Shown: positions 8,460 to 17,945 of the stretch, in pieces
Layout: each line of letters begins with the position of its first letter
How positions within the stretch are numbered: the stretch's first letter is position 1
Origin: Bacteriovoracaceae bacterium
GTDB lineage: Bacteria; Bdellovibrionota; Bacteriovoracia; Bacteriovoracales; Bacteriovoracaceae
Assembly: GCA_018649885.1 (NCBI GenBank)
Contig: JABIHA010000035.1
Coordinates: 62,001 to 91,199, forward strand
Length of the DNA: 29,199 nt
Reading direction: 5' to 3'
The notes under the pieces: generated by a model
What the model was told of the DNA's origin: nothing
Database searches by the model: none
Seen by the model: the letters and a program-made list of their open reading frames with translations, nothing else
Program-made: the position numbers and the translations under genes

Positions 8460-9256
8460 ATTCCCGCCGCCGTATAGAGCCGAACTCCCTTTTTAAAAAT
8501 AAGACTTCCCACAAAAAAACTTACGAAGCTCCAGCCAATGAGAATTGCTAGACCTGAGAAGAAATGGGTTGTATCTCCCATGAATATTTTTACGGGATAA
8601 AAGCTTAAGTAGGGAAAAGGGGTGTAGGCCAAAATATCAGTAAGCCAGCTAGGGTAGAGCTCAAGGGGAATCAGGTATCCCGATAAAAAAGAGGTCAAGG
8701 TGATTAAAATAATCCTAATGGACCAGGTTTCGTTCAGCCAAAATGCAATAAGCCCTACGATAAATTGCATCGAAAACCAAAAGCATGCCACAAAGAAACA
8801 AAAGATAAAACCAAGTACTGTATGCAGGGCGGAAACATCAGGTAGCACACCAATATAGAAGAGGATGACAAGTGTGATGCTTGCCACTAAATATTGAATC
8901 ACTTCAAAGGCCAAAAAACTTGCTGTATGGAATTCCCAAAAATTGAAAGGGTAGATTAGATAGCTTGAGATCTTGCCTAGCCTTATTTCTTCTGAAATCC
9001 CCGCACTATTATTTGAAATTCCCACAAGTCCCACTACTAATGTCCACACATGGTAAGTGATCATTTCAGGGAATCTGTAGCCAGCAATGACAGTACTCTC
9101 ATCACCTGCGTAAATTGAATTCCACAGATTATATTTGATAAAGAAGAAGACCAGGGCGGGACCAATAATTTGCATCAAGAAATTAACCCGATAGGTTAAT
9201 GTTTTTGACCAAGAAATTTTAATGGTCTGCCACCATTTAGATATATTAGGGTGCAC
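8456..9256 (-). CDS. ABC-2 family transporter permease
   Basis: ISEEIRLGKISSYLIYP, LSGYLIPLELYP...PF motifs, C-terminal YTAAG. Confidence 0.9.
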   Translation of the reverse strand: MHPNISKWWQTIKISWSKTLTYRVNFLMQIIGPALVFFFIKYNLWNSIYAGDESTVIAGYRFPEMITYHVWTLVVGLVGISNNSAGISEEIRLGKISSYLIYPFNFWEFHTASFLAFEVIQYLVASITLVILFYIGVLPDVSALHTVLGFIFCFFVACFWFSMQFIVGLIAFWLNETWSIRIILITLTSFLSGYLIPLELYPSWLTDILAYTPFPYLSFYPVKIFMGDTTHFFSGLAILIGWSFVSFFVGSLIFKKGVRLYTAAGM

Positions 9257-10250
9257 TGCGATCCTTTAAAAGGATATCTGGACACTCCACCAAGGTTTTC
9301 ATCACTCTTTCAATAGGAAGTTTCTCAGTGCTAAAATCGATTATAGGAAGTTGTTGTAAAATTTGGGCGCCAATCTCTGAAAGCTGATCTTCAGGTATTT
9401 TGAGTTCTACTGTTCTAAATTTATTTGAAAATGTTGGTGAATAATTTGCTAGCAGTGGATGATCAAGGTCAATGGCCTCAGAGGATGTAATACTCAATAT
9501 TTTTTCATGTCCCAGTATTTTTTCAAATTTTTCGATTGGTCCATCAAAGCCTTTCATTCCATTAAAAATAAGGACTAACCTTTTACAAAGGGCCTGAACG
9601 TCGGCCATGTAATGAGAAGTTAAAACAACCGTGACCTTATTTTCAGCATGATAGTCGTGGATAAATTTTCGAATATTTTCTTGTGCCATAACATCAAGGC
9701 CTATGGTGGGCTCATCTAAAAAAATCACTTCAGGTGCATGTAATAAAGAAGCGATCAGCTCCATCTTCATTCTTTCACCAAGACTCATTTTTCTCATGTG
9801 AACGTGGAGGAGATCTCCTACTCTGAGTATGTCATTCATGAGATCAAGTCTTTTTTTAAAGGCCTTGGGCGGGATTTCGTAATATTTTTGAAGCAGCAGA
9901 AAAGAGTCCATGGCGGGAAGGTCCCACCAAAGTTGGGATTTCTGACCCATGACTATGGCAACCTTTTTTCTGAACTGTTTTTCACGAAGAAAAGGTTTGT
10001 GTCCCGCGACTAAAACTTCCCCATCAGATGGCACAATAATTCCAGTGAACATTTTCATTAGGGTCGTTTTTCCAGCGCCATTGGGGCCTAATAAGGCCAC
10101 CATTTCGCCTGTTTCAATACTTAGGTCGAAGTCTTCAACAGCATTTTTAGTTATGTATTCACGATGGAAGAGCGATTTCACAGAGCCCATGACACCAGGT
10201 TCTTTTTTAAAGGATTTAAAAGATTTTCTTAACTTTTTTGTCTCTATCAT
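9246..10250 (-). CDS. ABC transporter ATP-binding protein
   Basis: Walker A GPNGAGKTT, signature MSLGERMK, Walker B FLDEPT, H-loop TSH. Start placed at ATG 10250, with 10271 as an alternative. Confidence 0.95.
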   Translation of the reverse strand: MIETKKLRKSFKSFKKEPGVMGSVKSLFHREYITKNAVEDFDLSIETGEMVALLGPNGAGKTTLMKMFTGIIVPSDGEVLVAGHKPFLREKQFRKKVAIVMGQKSQLWWDLPAMDSFLLLQKYYEIPPKAFKKRLDLMNDILRVGDLLHVHMRKMSLGERMKMELIASLLHAPEVIFLDEPTIGLDVMAQENIRKFIHDYHAENKVTVVLTSHYMADVQALCKRLVLIFNGMKGFDGPIEKFEKILGHEKILSITSSEAIDLDHPLLANYSPTFSNKFRTVELKIPEDQLSEIGAQILQQLPIIDFSTEKLPIERVMKTLVECPDILLKDRSAP

Positions 10251-10312
10251 ATTAATGGATATAGGGCACATGGCCTATTGTGGCAAGAGCCTGGTTGTTA
10301 TAAAATGGGCCC

Positions 10313-10810
10313 ATGAAGAAAAACCAAATCAAAAATTATATCTCTCTAGGAGGACTCAAATTATTAAAAGATGAGTACCATGAGCTCCAAAGTGTGGAGA
10401 GACCCAAAGTGGTAGAGGTTGTCACTTGGGCGGCCAGCTTAGGGGATAGATCTGAAAATGCTGACTATCAGTACGGCAAGAAGAGGCTGAGGGAAATTGA
10501 TAGGAGGATGAGGTTTTTAAACACCAGAATCAATAGTGCAGAAGTTGTAGACTACACACAACACATAGATGGCGTCATTAGATTTGGCGCCACTGTTGCT
10601 TTGATGGACGAAGATGAAAAAGAAAAAAATATCATCATTGTAGGTGCCGATGAAATCGATGCTGAGCGTGGAAAAATTTCCTGGAAATCTCCACTTGGGA
10701 CTACAGTTATTGGAAAAGAAGTAGGTGACACCGTTTTGGTTAAAACACCTTCAGGAGAGCATGAGTATGAAGTAGTCCATGTAAACTACCCAAAATGGGA
10801 TAACTCCTAA
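10313..10810 (+). CDS. greB: Transcription elongation factor GreB
   Basis: WAASLGDRSENADYQYGKKRLREIDRR and ISWKSPLG motifs typical of GreB. Confidence 0.95.
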   Translation: MKKNQIKNYISLGGLKLLKDEYHELQSVERPKVVEVVTWAASLGDRSENADYQYGKKRLREIDRRMRFLNTRINSAEVVDYTQHIDGVIRFGATVALMDEDEKEKNIIIVGADEIDAERGKISWKSPLGTTVIGKEVGDTVLVKTPSGEHEYEVVHVNYPKWDNS

Positions 10811-10831
10811 GGCCAATACCTTGAAATCACT

Positions 10832-10858
10832 TATAAGTAATCGAGATCTCGCCGAAAA
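10832..10858 (+). promoter_or_regulatory. Sigma-28 (FliA)-like promoter
   Basis: TATA-N15-GCCGAAAA versus consensus TAAA-N15-GCCGATAA, upstream of ORF 10930. Confidence 0.5.
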
Positions 10859-10929
10859 ATTTACAAAATCACTGAAATAGGGGGGAGATTTTGGTAAAAC
10901 TATGTGTCGTTTATCACTAAGGATACTAA

Positions 10930-11385
10930 TTGCGTAAGAGCGCTCTGACATTGCTATTGCTCACTTTTGCCCCCATTTTGCGGGCCGAAGTTTCAGTGCT
11001 CGATTGTGATTATGGCGCCTTAAAAGTGACTCAATATAAAAATAGAAAATTCAAAAATTGGCCATTTTACAAAGTTGTTTTTGGAGAAGGAAAAACTAGT
11101 AAGGACTTTATGAAGCTGGGACTTTTTCCTGGAAGTAAAGTTACTAAAGGAAAGCTTGCCTTCAACGGACTCGAAATTGATAGGAATGGAAACTTAGTTA
11201 AGTACCGCTACTTAGATAGTCGTCTTGGGGTGAAATCAAAAATTAAATATCAGGCCCGAAGGATTCCTGGCGGTATTAAATTTGTGGCCACTAAAGAATC
11301 TAAGAAAAATGGGAAAAAGTACAAAACCGTTTACGCAGAACAAAGCTTTCTAAAATGTGACAATCATAAGCCTGAAGTCTTCTAG
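10930..11385 (+). CDS. Hypothetical secreted basic protein
   Basis: Signal peptide (MRKSALTLLLLTFAPILRA), Lys-rich, two Cys near the termini. AAGGA RBS before the TTG. Confidence 0.7.
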   Translation: MRKSALTLLLLTFAPILRAEVSVLDCDYGALKVTQYKNRKFKNWPFYKVVFGEGKTSKDFMKLGLFPGSKVTKGKLAFNGLEIDRNGNLVKYRYLDSRLGVKSKIKYQARRIPGGIKFVATKESKKNGKKYKTVYAEQSFLKCDNHKPEVF

Positions 11386-11402
11386 CTAAAATTTTTCACC
11401 AT

Positions 11403-11717
11403 TTAATCTAACTTCATAGCGTGCTCAAGTTTTATTGCTAGCTCTGTTTGGAGTAGGCAAATCTTTTTCCTCATTTCTTTTATTTGAGGGTCGCTCATAT
11501 TTTTTTGGTTTTTTTCAAGCTCTGCTCTGAGTTTTGTAATGTTGTTTTTAAGGGTGATCTCTGGGGGAGTATAGCCTGCATTTTTTAGCATTTTGAGGCA
11601 AGTGGTGAGCTCTTTTGGTAGGTGAGGGTTAGTGGTTATTTCAAGTGGTTTTCCAGCGCCTTCAAGGTTTTCAAATAAACCTTCTCTATAGGCCTTTTTG
11701 ACTTGTTCTTCAATCAT
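11403..11717 (-). CDS. DUF1992 (DnaJ-family-associated domain) protein
   Basis: EEQV..A...G.FENLEGAGKPL...LKNAGYTPPEI.L pattern. GGAGG RBS. Confidence 0.85.
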   Translation of the reverse strand: MIEEQVKKAYREGLFENLEGAGKPLEITTNPHLPKELTTCLKMLKNAGYTPPEITLKNNITKLRAELEKNQKNMSDPQIKEMRKKICLLQTELAIKLEHAMKLD

Positions 11718-11810
11718 GGTTTAGCCTCCTTGTTTGATTGACTTCACCATAGCAAACCCATGGACCTGGGTAAAATTAGAAATTTTTAAAGCTTTTGTCT
11801 GAAAAACTTA

Positions 11811-14069
11811 TTACTTGGAAGTTAGGGTGTAAACTCCATCCCAGTCATCTCCAGGAGGGTTTTCCTTGTATTCTTCGGCCCTTTTTATATAAATCTCTGA
11901 AGGGTTGGTTTTAACACCTTTGAGGGCCGGAAACCTGAGCCACTCAAACTCAAGGGATTTTTGAAAAGCTGCTATGGCCTCGTCCCATTTTTGAGACTTA
12001 TAAAGCTCCAAGGCCTCTGAAAAACTATTTTTTAGATTAAGGGTGACCTCATCAATCTCTGTCTTTAATGCAAGGAGTTCGAATGTTGTAATGGGTTCAC
12101 TCTTTCCAACAACCCTAAGAGTATCTAGCTCACGCCATTCAAAAATATCTTCACATAGCTCTTTGGTTGCTTTTGAAACTTGAGTGAATATCCCGTATTG
12201 TTTGGCCGCTTCTTCAAGCCTGGCCGCCAAATTCACTGAGTCTCCCATCATGGTATAGTTCATTCTCTGGGTACTGCCCATATTTCCAGTAACGATTTCA
12301 CCGGAATTAACCCCAATTCTCATTCGCATGCCATGAACGATTTCGGGCCACTTATCACCTTCTGAAACCCATTTTTCTCTTAACTTAAGAAGTGAGGCCT
12401 GCATTCTTGCAGCAACACGTACGGCCCTGGTAGCGTGATCTTCCAGGGGAAGGGGAGCTCCAAAGAAAGCGATAATGGCGTCCCCTTCATATTTATCCAG
12501 AGTGCCTTTTTCCTCAAGCAATATATCTGTCATGGCCGTTAGGTATTCATTGAGAAGCTCCACTAATTTTGGTGCTGTCAATTTTTCAGAAAATGTTGAA
12601 AATCCTTGGATGTCAGTGAAGTAGGCAGTTCTCACTCCTACATCTCCACCTAGGCTTGGAGCTTTTCCACTGGCATACATCTCATCAATAAGCTCGGGAG
12701 AGATGTAGTTTCCGAAAGCACTTTTTAAAAATGCCTTGTCCTTTGATGCCAAGTAGAAATTCAAAAATGTATTCCAACTATAGGTCCCCACCACCGAAAG
12801 TAGTGAGAAAAATAGTGTGATCTGATAACCCGCGGGAAGAAAGTAAAATACATCAGTGGCAAAAATTCCTGCACTAAAAAGAAGGACAATAAAAAAATCG
12901 AGTACTGGGTTGTGAAGGAGTGAGACCATAATCATTATAAATGTTCCCAAAATCAAAATACCCCATGACCAAAGAAGAGATTTGTCTCTTGGCTGGTAGA
13001 ATTTTGCATCGAGAAGCATTTTCACCATATTCATATGGAAGTAAACCCCAGGCAGTTTGGGGTCAACTGGTGTATGCCTGAAATCGTGAGCGCCAAATGA
13101 AGTGGAGCCAATAAAGATCAGTTTATCTTTAACTAATTCATGAAAATCAGGGTCATCATCTCTTGCTGTGTATAAATCGGCGAGGCTAAAAGTGGGAAAT
13201 ACTTCAACACCGCCTGCCCATCTTATTTTTGCCTCACCAGAGTAATTGAGGTCGAGTTGTCCCGTTTTTGTTTTTAGGGTTGCATTTCCTGCAGGGTCAA
13301 CGTTGAGCTTTGGCACATCACCAGTAAAATACTGATAAGATAATAGTGAATATGAGGGGAAGTAGAGACCATCTACATTGACTAAAAGAGGGTATCTTCT
13401 AAAAATTCCGTCAACATCTTCTGTTCCTTCGATATAAGAAAGACCAGGTTCAGCTTTTAAGAGCTGTGGGATAGGATATGTGGTTGATTGAACTCTTCTT
13501 GGATATGTTCCTAGACTTCCAGCTTGATTAGCGTCCATAATGAAATTATATAATTCAGGAGGAACTTCTTTAAAGGCAAGTTCGTCGTATTCTTGTCCGT
13601 GATAGGTTAGAGAATAAGATAATATCACTTTTTTTCCTTGCTCTGCTTGGAATTCTGCAATGGCCTTGGCCATTTCAAGGTCGGGACTAATTCCATCATA
13701 GGCCCTTTGAGGTTCAGAAAAAATGACATCAAAGGCGATAACTTTTGCTCCAAAGTTTTTTAATTTCCTTATGATCTTTGCCCAGTGAACTCTATCTAGA
13801 GGCCATGAGTTGAGCTCTTTTAGTGTTTTTTCATCAATGGCACCCATTACCAGCCGATCATCTGCCTGGCTTCGGTCAATTGTTAAGTTCATCCTGATAT
13901 CATAAAATCTATCTTCAAAAAAAGATGGGTATTTAAGAAATGACTTTGCCCCATCTCCAATCAAATCAGTAAGGATGATTTCTTTTTGCAAGTTAAAAAC
14001 CGCTACACTAAAGGCGCAAAAGCCAATAATACTAAAGAGTCCAATTATCCTGATGAGCTTACTGAGCAC
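11811..14069 (-). CDS. CHASE2-domain adenylate/guanylate cyclase
   Basis: CHASE2 motifs (AIDE..L...WP..R, IAFDVIF, DGIFRR, PGVYFH), TM helices, class III cyclase FTDIQGFS, DKYEGDAI, GDSVNLAARLE, VVGK. Confidence 0.95.
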   Translation of the reverse strand: MLSKLIRIIGLFSIIGFCAFSVAVFNLQKEIILTDLIGDGAKSFLKYPSFFEDRFYDIRMNLTIDRSQADDRLVMGAIDEKTLKELNSWPLDRVHWAKIIRKLKNFGAKVIAFDVIFSEPQRAYDGISPDLEMAKAIAEFQAEQGKKVILSYSLTYHGQEYDELAFKEVPPELYNFIMDANQAGSLGTYPRRVQSTTYPIPQLLKAEPGLSYIEGTEDVDGIFRRYPLLVNVDGLYFPSYSLLSYQYFTGDVPKLNVDPAGNATLKTKTGQLDLNYSGEAKIRWAGGVEVFPTFSLADLYTARDDDPDFHELVKDKLIFIGSTSFGAHDFRHTPVDPKLPGVYFHMNMVKMLLDAKFYQPRDKSLLWSWGILILGTFIMIMVSLLHNPVLDFFIVLLFSAGIFATDVFYFLPAGYQITLFFSLLSVVGTYSWNTFLNFYLASKDKAFLKSAFGNYISPELIDEMYASGKAPSLGGDVGVRTAYFTDIQGFSTFSEKLTAPKLVELLNEYLTAMTDILLEEKGTLDKYEGDAIIAFFGAPLPLEDHATRAVRVAARMQASLLKLREKWVSEGDKWPEIVHGMRMRIGVNSGEIVTGNMGSTQRMNYTMMGDSVNLAARLEEAAKQYGIFTQVSKATKELCEDIFEWRELDTLRVVGKSEPITTFELLALKTEIDEVTLNLKNSFSEALELYKSQKWDEAIAAFQKSLEFEWLRFPALKGVKTNPSEIYIKRAEEYKENPPGDDWDGVYTLTSK

Positions 14070-14100
14070 ACATTCTCCTTCAACAATTTTATGTACCTAC

Positions 14101-14127
14101 CTTTCGGTATCTGCCTTAAATATTTGA
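14101..14127 (-). promoter_or_regulatory. Sigma-28-like promoter (proximal) for the cyclase
   Basis: Minus strand TCAA-N15-ACCGAAAG. Confidence 0.4.
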
Positions 14128-14207
14128 GGTTTAGCTGACTTGCCCGGCAGGTGGGGATATGACCATTTCGCATATTCCATAAGCATTCCTTGAATGATTC
14201 ACGCGGT

Positions 14208-14234
14208 TTTTCGGCGGCTTAAAATTAGCTTATA
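14208..14234 (-). promoter_or_regulatory. Sigma-28-like promoter (distal) for the cyclase
   Basis: Minus strand TATA-N15-GCCGAAAA, with the same boxes and spacing as the site at 10832. Confidence 0.5.
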
Positions 14235-14261
14235 AATAGAACATTAAATAATTGATTTTCA

Positions 14262-14708
14262 TTACTTGGTTTTTATTTCAGCAGGGGGGCGGTTTCCACT
14301 GAAAACCATGGAGCCATCTTTTCCAATGACAAGAGTTCTAGGCAGATTGAAAATTTCCAGTGATTTTGAAAAACTTTTATCAGGGTCGAGTAAAATGGTA
14401 TAAGGGAATTTATGGCGCCTGTTAAAGCGCTTTATATCTTTTTTTCTCTCACCCGCATTGATCCCAAAAAAGACAATATCTTTATTTGCATATTTTTTTT
14501 GAAGCTCTACTAGCTGAGGAAGCTCTCCAATGCATGAGGTGCACCAACTGGCCCAAAAATTATAGACAATGATTTTTTTACCGCGGTACTGTGATAGGTC
14601 GTGTTCAGCGCCGGTTTTGAAATCCTTTAATTGGGGATAGTGGTTTGCTTTTTTTGCGAGCAGAGTTTGGCAAAAAAGAAGTGTGACTAATAGTGCTAGC
14701 TTTTTCAT
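14262..14708 (-). CDS. TlpA-family thiol-disulfide oxidoreductase (exported)
   Basis: NFWASWCTSC motif and cis-Pro LPRT. A start at ATG 14708 gives the signal peptide MKKLALLVTLLFCQTLLA. Confidence 0.9.
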   Translation of the reverse strand: MKKLALLVTLLFCQTLLAKKANHYPQLKDFKTGAEHDLSQYRGKKIIVYNFWASWCTSCIGELPQLVELQKKYANKDIVFFGINAGERKKDIKRFNRRHKFPYTILLDPDKSFSKSLEIFNLPRTLVIGKDGSMVFSGNRPPAEIKTK

Positions 14709-15663
14709 GACTATGTTTGACCTTTTTTCCCAGCCCTTGTAAGGCCCTTGGTGAGAGTTTAACGCTTCCATCGTGCTTAAGCCAGATACAAAAAAGTGCC
14801 TCTTTTTCAGCATATTCATAACTTAAATCTTTTCTCTTGTTCATCAAAATTGTTGCCTGAACGTCGGCTTCCATCGCCGTGCTGGCATATACACTGACGC
14901 TAGTAAAGTCTCCTACAAATAGAGGCTCTTTGGGGTTGAGTATGTGGTGGTGGCCTTTTAACTCACTTTGAAAGGTGTTGACATCATTTCCAGAGGTGCA
15001 AATGGCCCCACTCTCAATTTCTAGTAGCCCCATAACTGCACCGCTATCACTGTGAAAAGGGTTTCTAATACCAAAGCGCCACTTGCGGGGAGCTTCTTTG
15101 TGGGAGTGAACTCTAAGATCACCGCTGCCGTTGACCGAGAAATTTATCAGTCCTGCATCTTCTAAAATCTTAAAGGCCCTATCAACAGCGTAACCTTTTC
15201 CAATGCCTCCTAGCCCTAACTTCATTTCTTTTTGTGGTAAAAAAACTTCTCTTTTTTTAGAATCAATTTTTACAAGGCGGTAGTCAATCATAGAAGACAG
15301 CCTTGAGATTTCTTTTATTGATAAGACTTCACCTCGTTTTGCAGACTCCCTCAAAGGGTGTGCAAGTGTGGGATAGGTCATATCAAAGATGCCACCTGAG
15401 CGTTCAGAAAAACTTATAGAAGTTTCAATTAATGAAAGGGCCTCTTGTGGCAGGCAAACAGATTGAATCCCCGAGTACTCGTTGATTTTTTGTAATGGTG
15501 ATGGCCTAAATTCAGTTAATAGATTTTCGATTCGCTCTACTTCATCAAAGGCGCTCTCAAAAATTTTGAAACACATCTCTTTTGAAAAGTGGGGTTGGGG
15601 GAAGCACTTTATTTCAAAGACTCCACCCATGCACTTTTTTTGAGATGAGATACTTGGATCCAT
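14605..15663 (-). CDS. apbE: FAD:protein FMN transferase (ApbE family)
   Basis: GIFDMT, LGLGGIGKGYAVD, GSGD, AICTSG, HHILNP, ADVQAT motifs. No signal peptide. The C-terminal tail overlaps tlpA. Confidence 0.92.
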   Translation of the reverse strand: MDPSISSQKKCMGGVFEIKCFPQPHFSKEMCFKIFESAFDEVERIENLLTEFRPSPLQKINEYSGIQSVCLPQEALSLIETSISFSERSGGIFDMTYPTLAHPLRESAKRGEVLSIKEISRLSSMIDYRLVKIDSKKREVFLPQKEMKLGLGGIGKGYAVDRAFKILEDAGLINFSVNGSGDLRVHSHKEAPRKWRFGIRNPFHSDSGAVMGLLEIESGAICTSGNDVNTFQSELKGHHHILNPKEPLFVGDFTSVSVYASTAMEADVQATILMNKRKDLSYEYAEKEALFCIWLKHDGSVKLSPRALQGLGKKVKHSHEKASTISHTSFLPNSARKKSKPLSPIKGFQNRR

Positions 15664-16814
15664 TAAAAGGTAACTCCTAGAGAGGTTTGAACAAGATCGT
15701 AGTGAAGTTGGTTAGACCTTTCATAATGAAAGTATGAAAGGGTGTATTCAAAGCGCTCAAAAAATTGATTGAACACACTTTCACTAAAATCATAGCTAAA
15801 GTGAACTCCAAAGCGATCGGAGTGAAAGCCTCCCAGGTCTGAGTCAGAGGTCATCGCCGTTTGTGCTGAATTAAATGACTTGGCAAAGTACTTGGATTTC
15901 TTCTGCGAGTAAAAGCGGTAACTTCCTTTCAAAAAGGCCTTGTCGTCTAAAAAACTAAAAAGCATTGACGGCCCCACTGACCAAGCCGATAGGTCCCAAT
16001 CATCTTTGTAATACATAAGCTCCATGTGGTTTGCTAAATCATAACTCCAGGCATGGGCATAAGTTGTAAAAAGTGAATGTCTAGCTCTCTTATTGGGGAG
16101 TATTTCAGCAGTTCTGCTTCCAGACGCCAGCACTGTATTTGAGATATTCTCAAGAGCGCCCTTTTGAACAACATAGGTGTAGCCTCCGCTGATGGAGTCT
16201 TTAACCGTTAAAAGCTGTGAAAGAGAAAGTGTCGCGCTATAGATATTTCTATCTTTCCAAGTGATTGCACTTTGTTTATCAATATCAAAGAGCTTGGTCT
16301 GGTCGAAATAGGCATTTAAGGATAAGCCTATTTTAAAATTATCTTCTGCAAGAGATCTCTCTCCAAATAGACCCACATTTTTTGAACGATAATCCCATTC
16401 ACCTGAATATCCGAGACTTGCTCCCCACTTCCATGGATGATGGTCGTTTGATATTCCTAAACTTCCAGAGTAGCGGGACTGCCAACCAATGCCGGCCCCA
16501 CTTGTACCCGTTTTGCCATCGAGCTTAGTGTCGGATGCAGAGCTGAAGGCATCAACAATAAAATTTCCACTCAAGTTCGTAGTCTCAGAAATTTGATGTT
16601 CGATAAAGAGCATGGGCTCAATGACCTCGACCTCTTCATCATTAGAATTGTCATAGATTTGGCTACCTTCATTTCCATCTTGAGTATAGGCATTGAGAAG
16701 AAGCTTGGTTTTAGTTTGGCCTTTTAAAAGCTCCTGAGAAAAACTGTGATTAATTAAAAACGAGGAGACTAGTATCCAGAAGGTAAATTTTTTGGCAGGA
16801 TTAATTGCAACCAC
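15663..16814 (-). CDS. DUF3570-like outer-membrane beta-barrel protein
   Basis: VDAFSSAS, EWDYRS, E.LP..R.R, Y.DDW...A, YRFYSQ, TSDSDL motifs, terminal Phe, and DUF4266/ApbE/TlpA context. AGGAGG favours the GTG at 16814. Confidence 0.8.
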   Translation of the reverse strand: MVAINPAKKFTFWILVSSFLINHSFSQELLKGQTKTKLLLNAYTQDGNEGSQIYDNSNDEEVEVIEPMLFIEHQISETTNLSGNFIVDAFSSASDTKLDGKTGTSGAGIGWQSRYSGSLGISNDHHPWKWGASLGYSGEWDYRSKNVGLFGERSLAEDNFKIGLSLNAYFDQTKLFDIDKQSAITWKDRNIYSATLSLSQLLTVKDSISGGYTYVVQKGALENISNTVLASGSRTAEILPNKRARHSLFTTYAHAWSYDLANHMELMYYKDDWDLSAWSVGPSMLFSFLDDKAFLKGSYRFYSQKKSKYFAKSFNSAQTAMTSDSDLGGFHSDRFGVHFSYDFSESVFNQFFERFEYTLSYFHYERSNQLHYDLVQTSLGVTF

Positions 16815-17022
16815 ACCCACCTCCTACTGCTTTAGATCCACCAATTGCACCTTCCCTATAGGCCTGAACTTCTTGCAGGAAAACTTCTTCTTCAGGGTGG
16901 GAGATATGATTCATTATTCTTCTGGAAAGAATCCCTCGGTCAATTTGTTTAACATTGGCACATGACAAGAGGCCTAGCATCATAATTAAAGGCAGGAGGT
17001 GAGCTTTGATTACACTAATCAT
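16801..17022 (-). CDS. DUF4266-like lipoprotein
   Basis: Lipobox LLSC, then YREGA.GG...GGGCGCN C-terminus overlapping the start of the DUF3570-like gene. Confidence 0.85.
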   Translation of the reverse strand: MISVIKAHLLPLIMMLGLLSCANVKQIDRGILSRRIMNHISHPEEEVFLQEVQAYREGAIGGSKAVGGGCGCN

Positions 17023-17201
17023 GGTATTTTCCCAAGTTTAAAATTTTCAAAATATTCTCACTTGTCATGCATGCTTGGCAAGTGAGGAACAGCGTCAATT
17101 GAGCAATCCATGTTTCGGATATTCCTAGACAGTGGTGAGAAAATTGATGCTCGGTTTGGGGTTTGATATAAATACTTTCAGCGTTTAACAAAAGAGAGCT
17201 T

Positions 17202-17903
17202 GTGTATAAGAAAATTGTGGTTTTGACTGGGGCAGGTATCTCCCAGGAATCAGGTCTAAAAACTTTTCGTGGTTCAGATGGTCTTTGGGAAGGTCACCGC
17301 ATTGAAGAGGTTGCTTCGCCTGTAGGATTTGAAAATGACCCACTAATGGTTTGGGATTTTTACAATCAAAGAAGAAGACAGCTACTCTGTGATGAAGTTG
17401 ATTACAACAATGCCCATAAATCCCTTGCTGAGTTTGAGAAGAATTTTTGTGGCGACTTTTTACTTGTGACTCAAAATGTAGATGACCTTCACGAAAGATC
17501 AGGCTCACAAAATGTCCTTCACATGCACGGAGAACTTTTAAAAGCGAGATGCCTCGATACAAGCAGAGTTTATGATTGGACCGAAGACCTTGGTGAGAAA
17601 ACATCTCATCCCGATTTTCCTGAAAAAGTGGGGAGACTCAGGCCTCATATTGTTTGGTTTGGAGAGATGCCTCTGCATATGGATAAAATATCCCAGGCCC
17701 TAAAACAATGCGATCTATTCATTTCCATTGGTACATCTGCTCAGGTATATCCAGCTGCTGGATTTGTTTCTATGACCTCTCGTAGTTGTCACCGAGTTGA
17801 GCTTAATTTAGAGGACACGCCAAGTTCCATGATTTTTGATGAGACTCACAGAGGCCTTGCTACTGAAGTTGTCAGTAATTATTTCAAAGACCTATTGTCT
17901 TGA
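17202..17903 (+). CDS. cobB: NAD-dependent protein deacylase (class III sirtuin)
   Basis: LTGAGISQESGLKTFRG, TQNVDDLHER, HMHGEL, LRPHIVWFGE, IGTSAQVYPAAG. Confidence 0.95.
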   Translation: MYKKIVVLTGAGISQESGLKTFRGSDGLWEGHRIEEVASPVGFENDPLMVWDFYNQRRRQLLCDEVDYNNAHKSLAEFEKNFCGDFLLVTQNVDDLHERSGSQNVLHMHGELLKARCLDTSRVYDWTEDLGEKTSHPDFPEKVGRLRPHIVWFGEMPLHMDKISQALKQCDLFISIGTSAQVYPAAGFVSMTSRSCHRVELNLEDTPSSMIFDETHRGLATEVVSNYFKDLLS

Positions 17904-17945
17904 AAGAATTAGAGATGCTGATTGCTTTATAGGGATGAATAGAAA

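Noticed and set aside
14075..14235. c-di-GMP riboswitch upstream of the cyclase (TACC-GAAA-GGTA hairpin on the minus strand)
   Set aside because: The two-stem GEMM consensus could not be matched, and the CCGAAA boxes fit sigma-28 -10 elements better. An Rfam scan would settle it.
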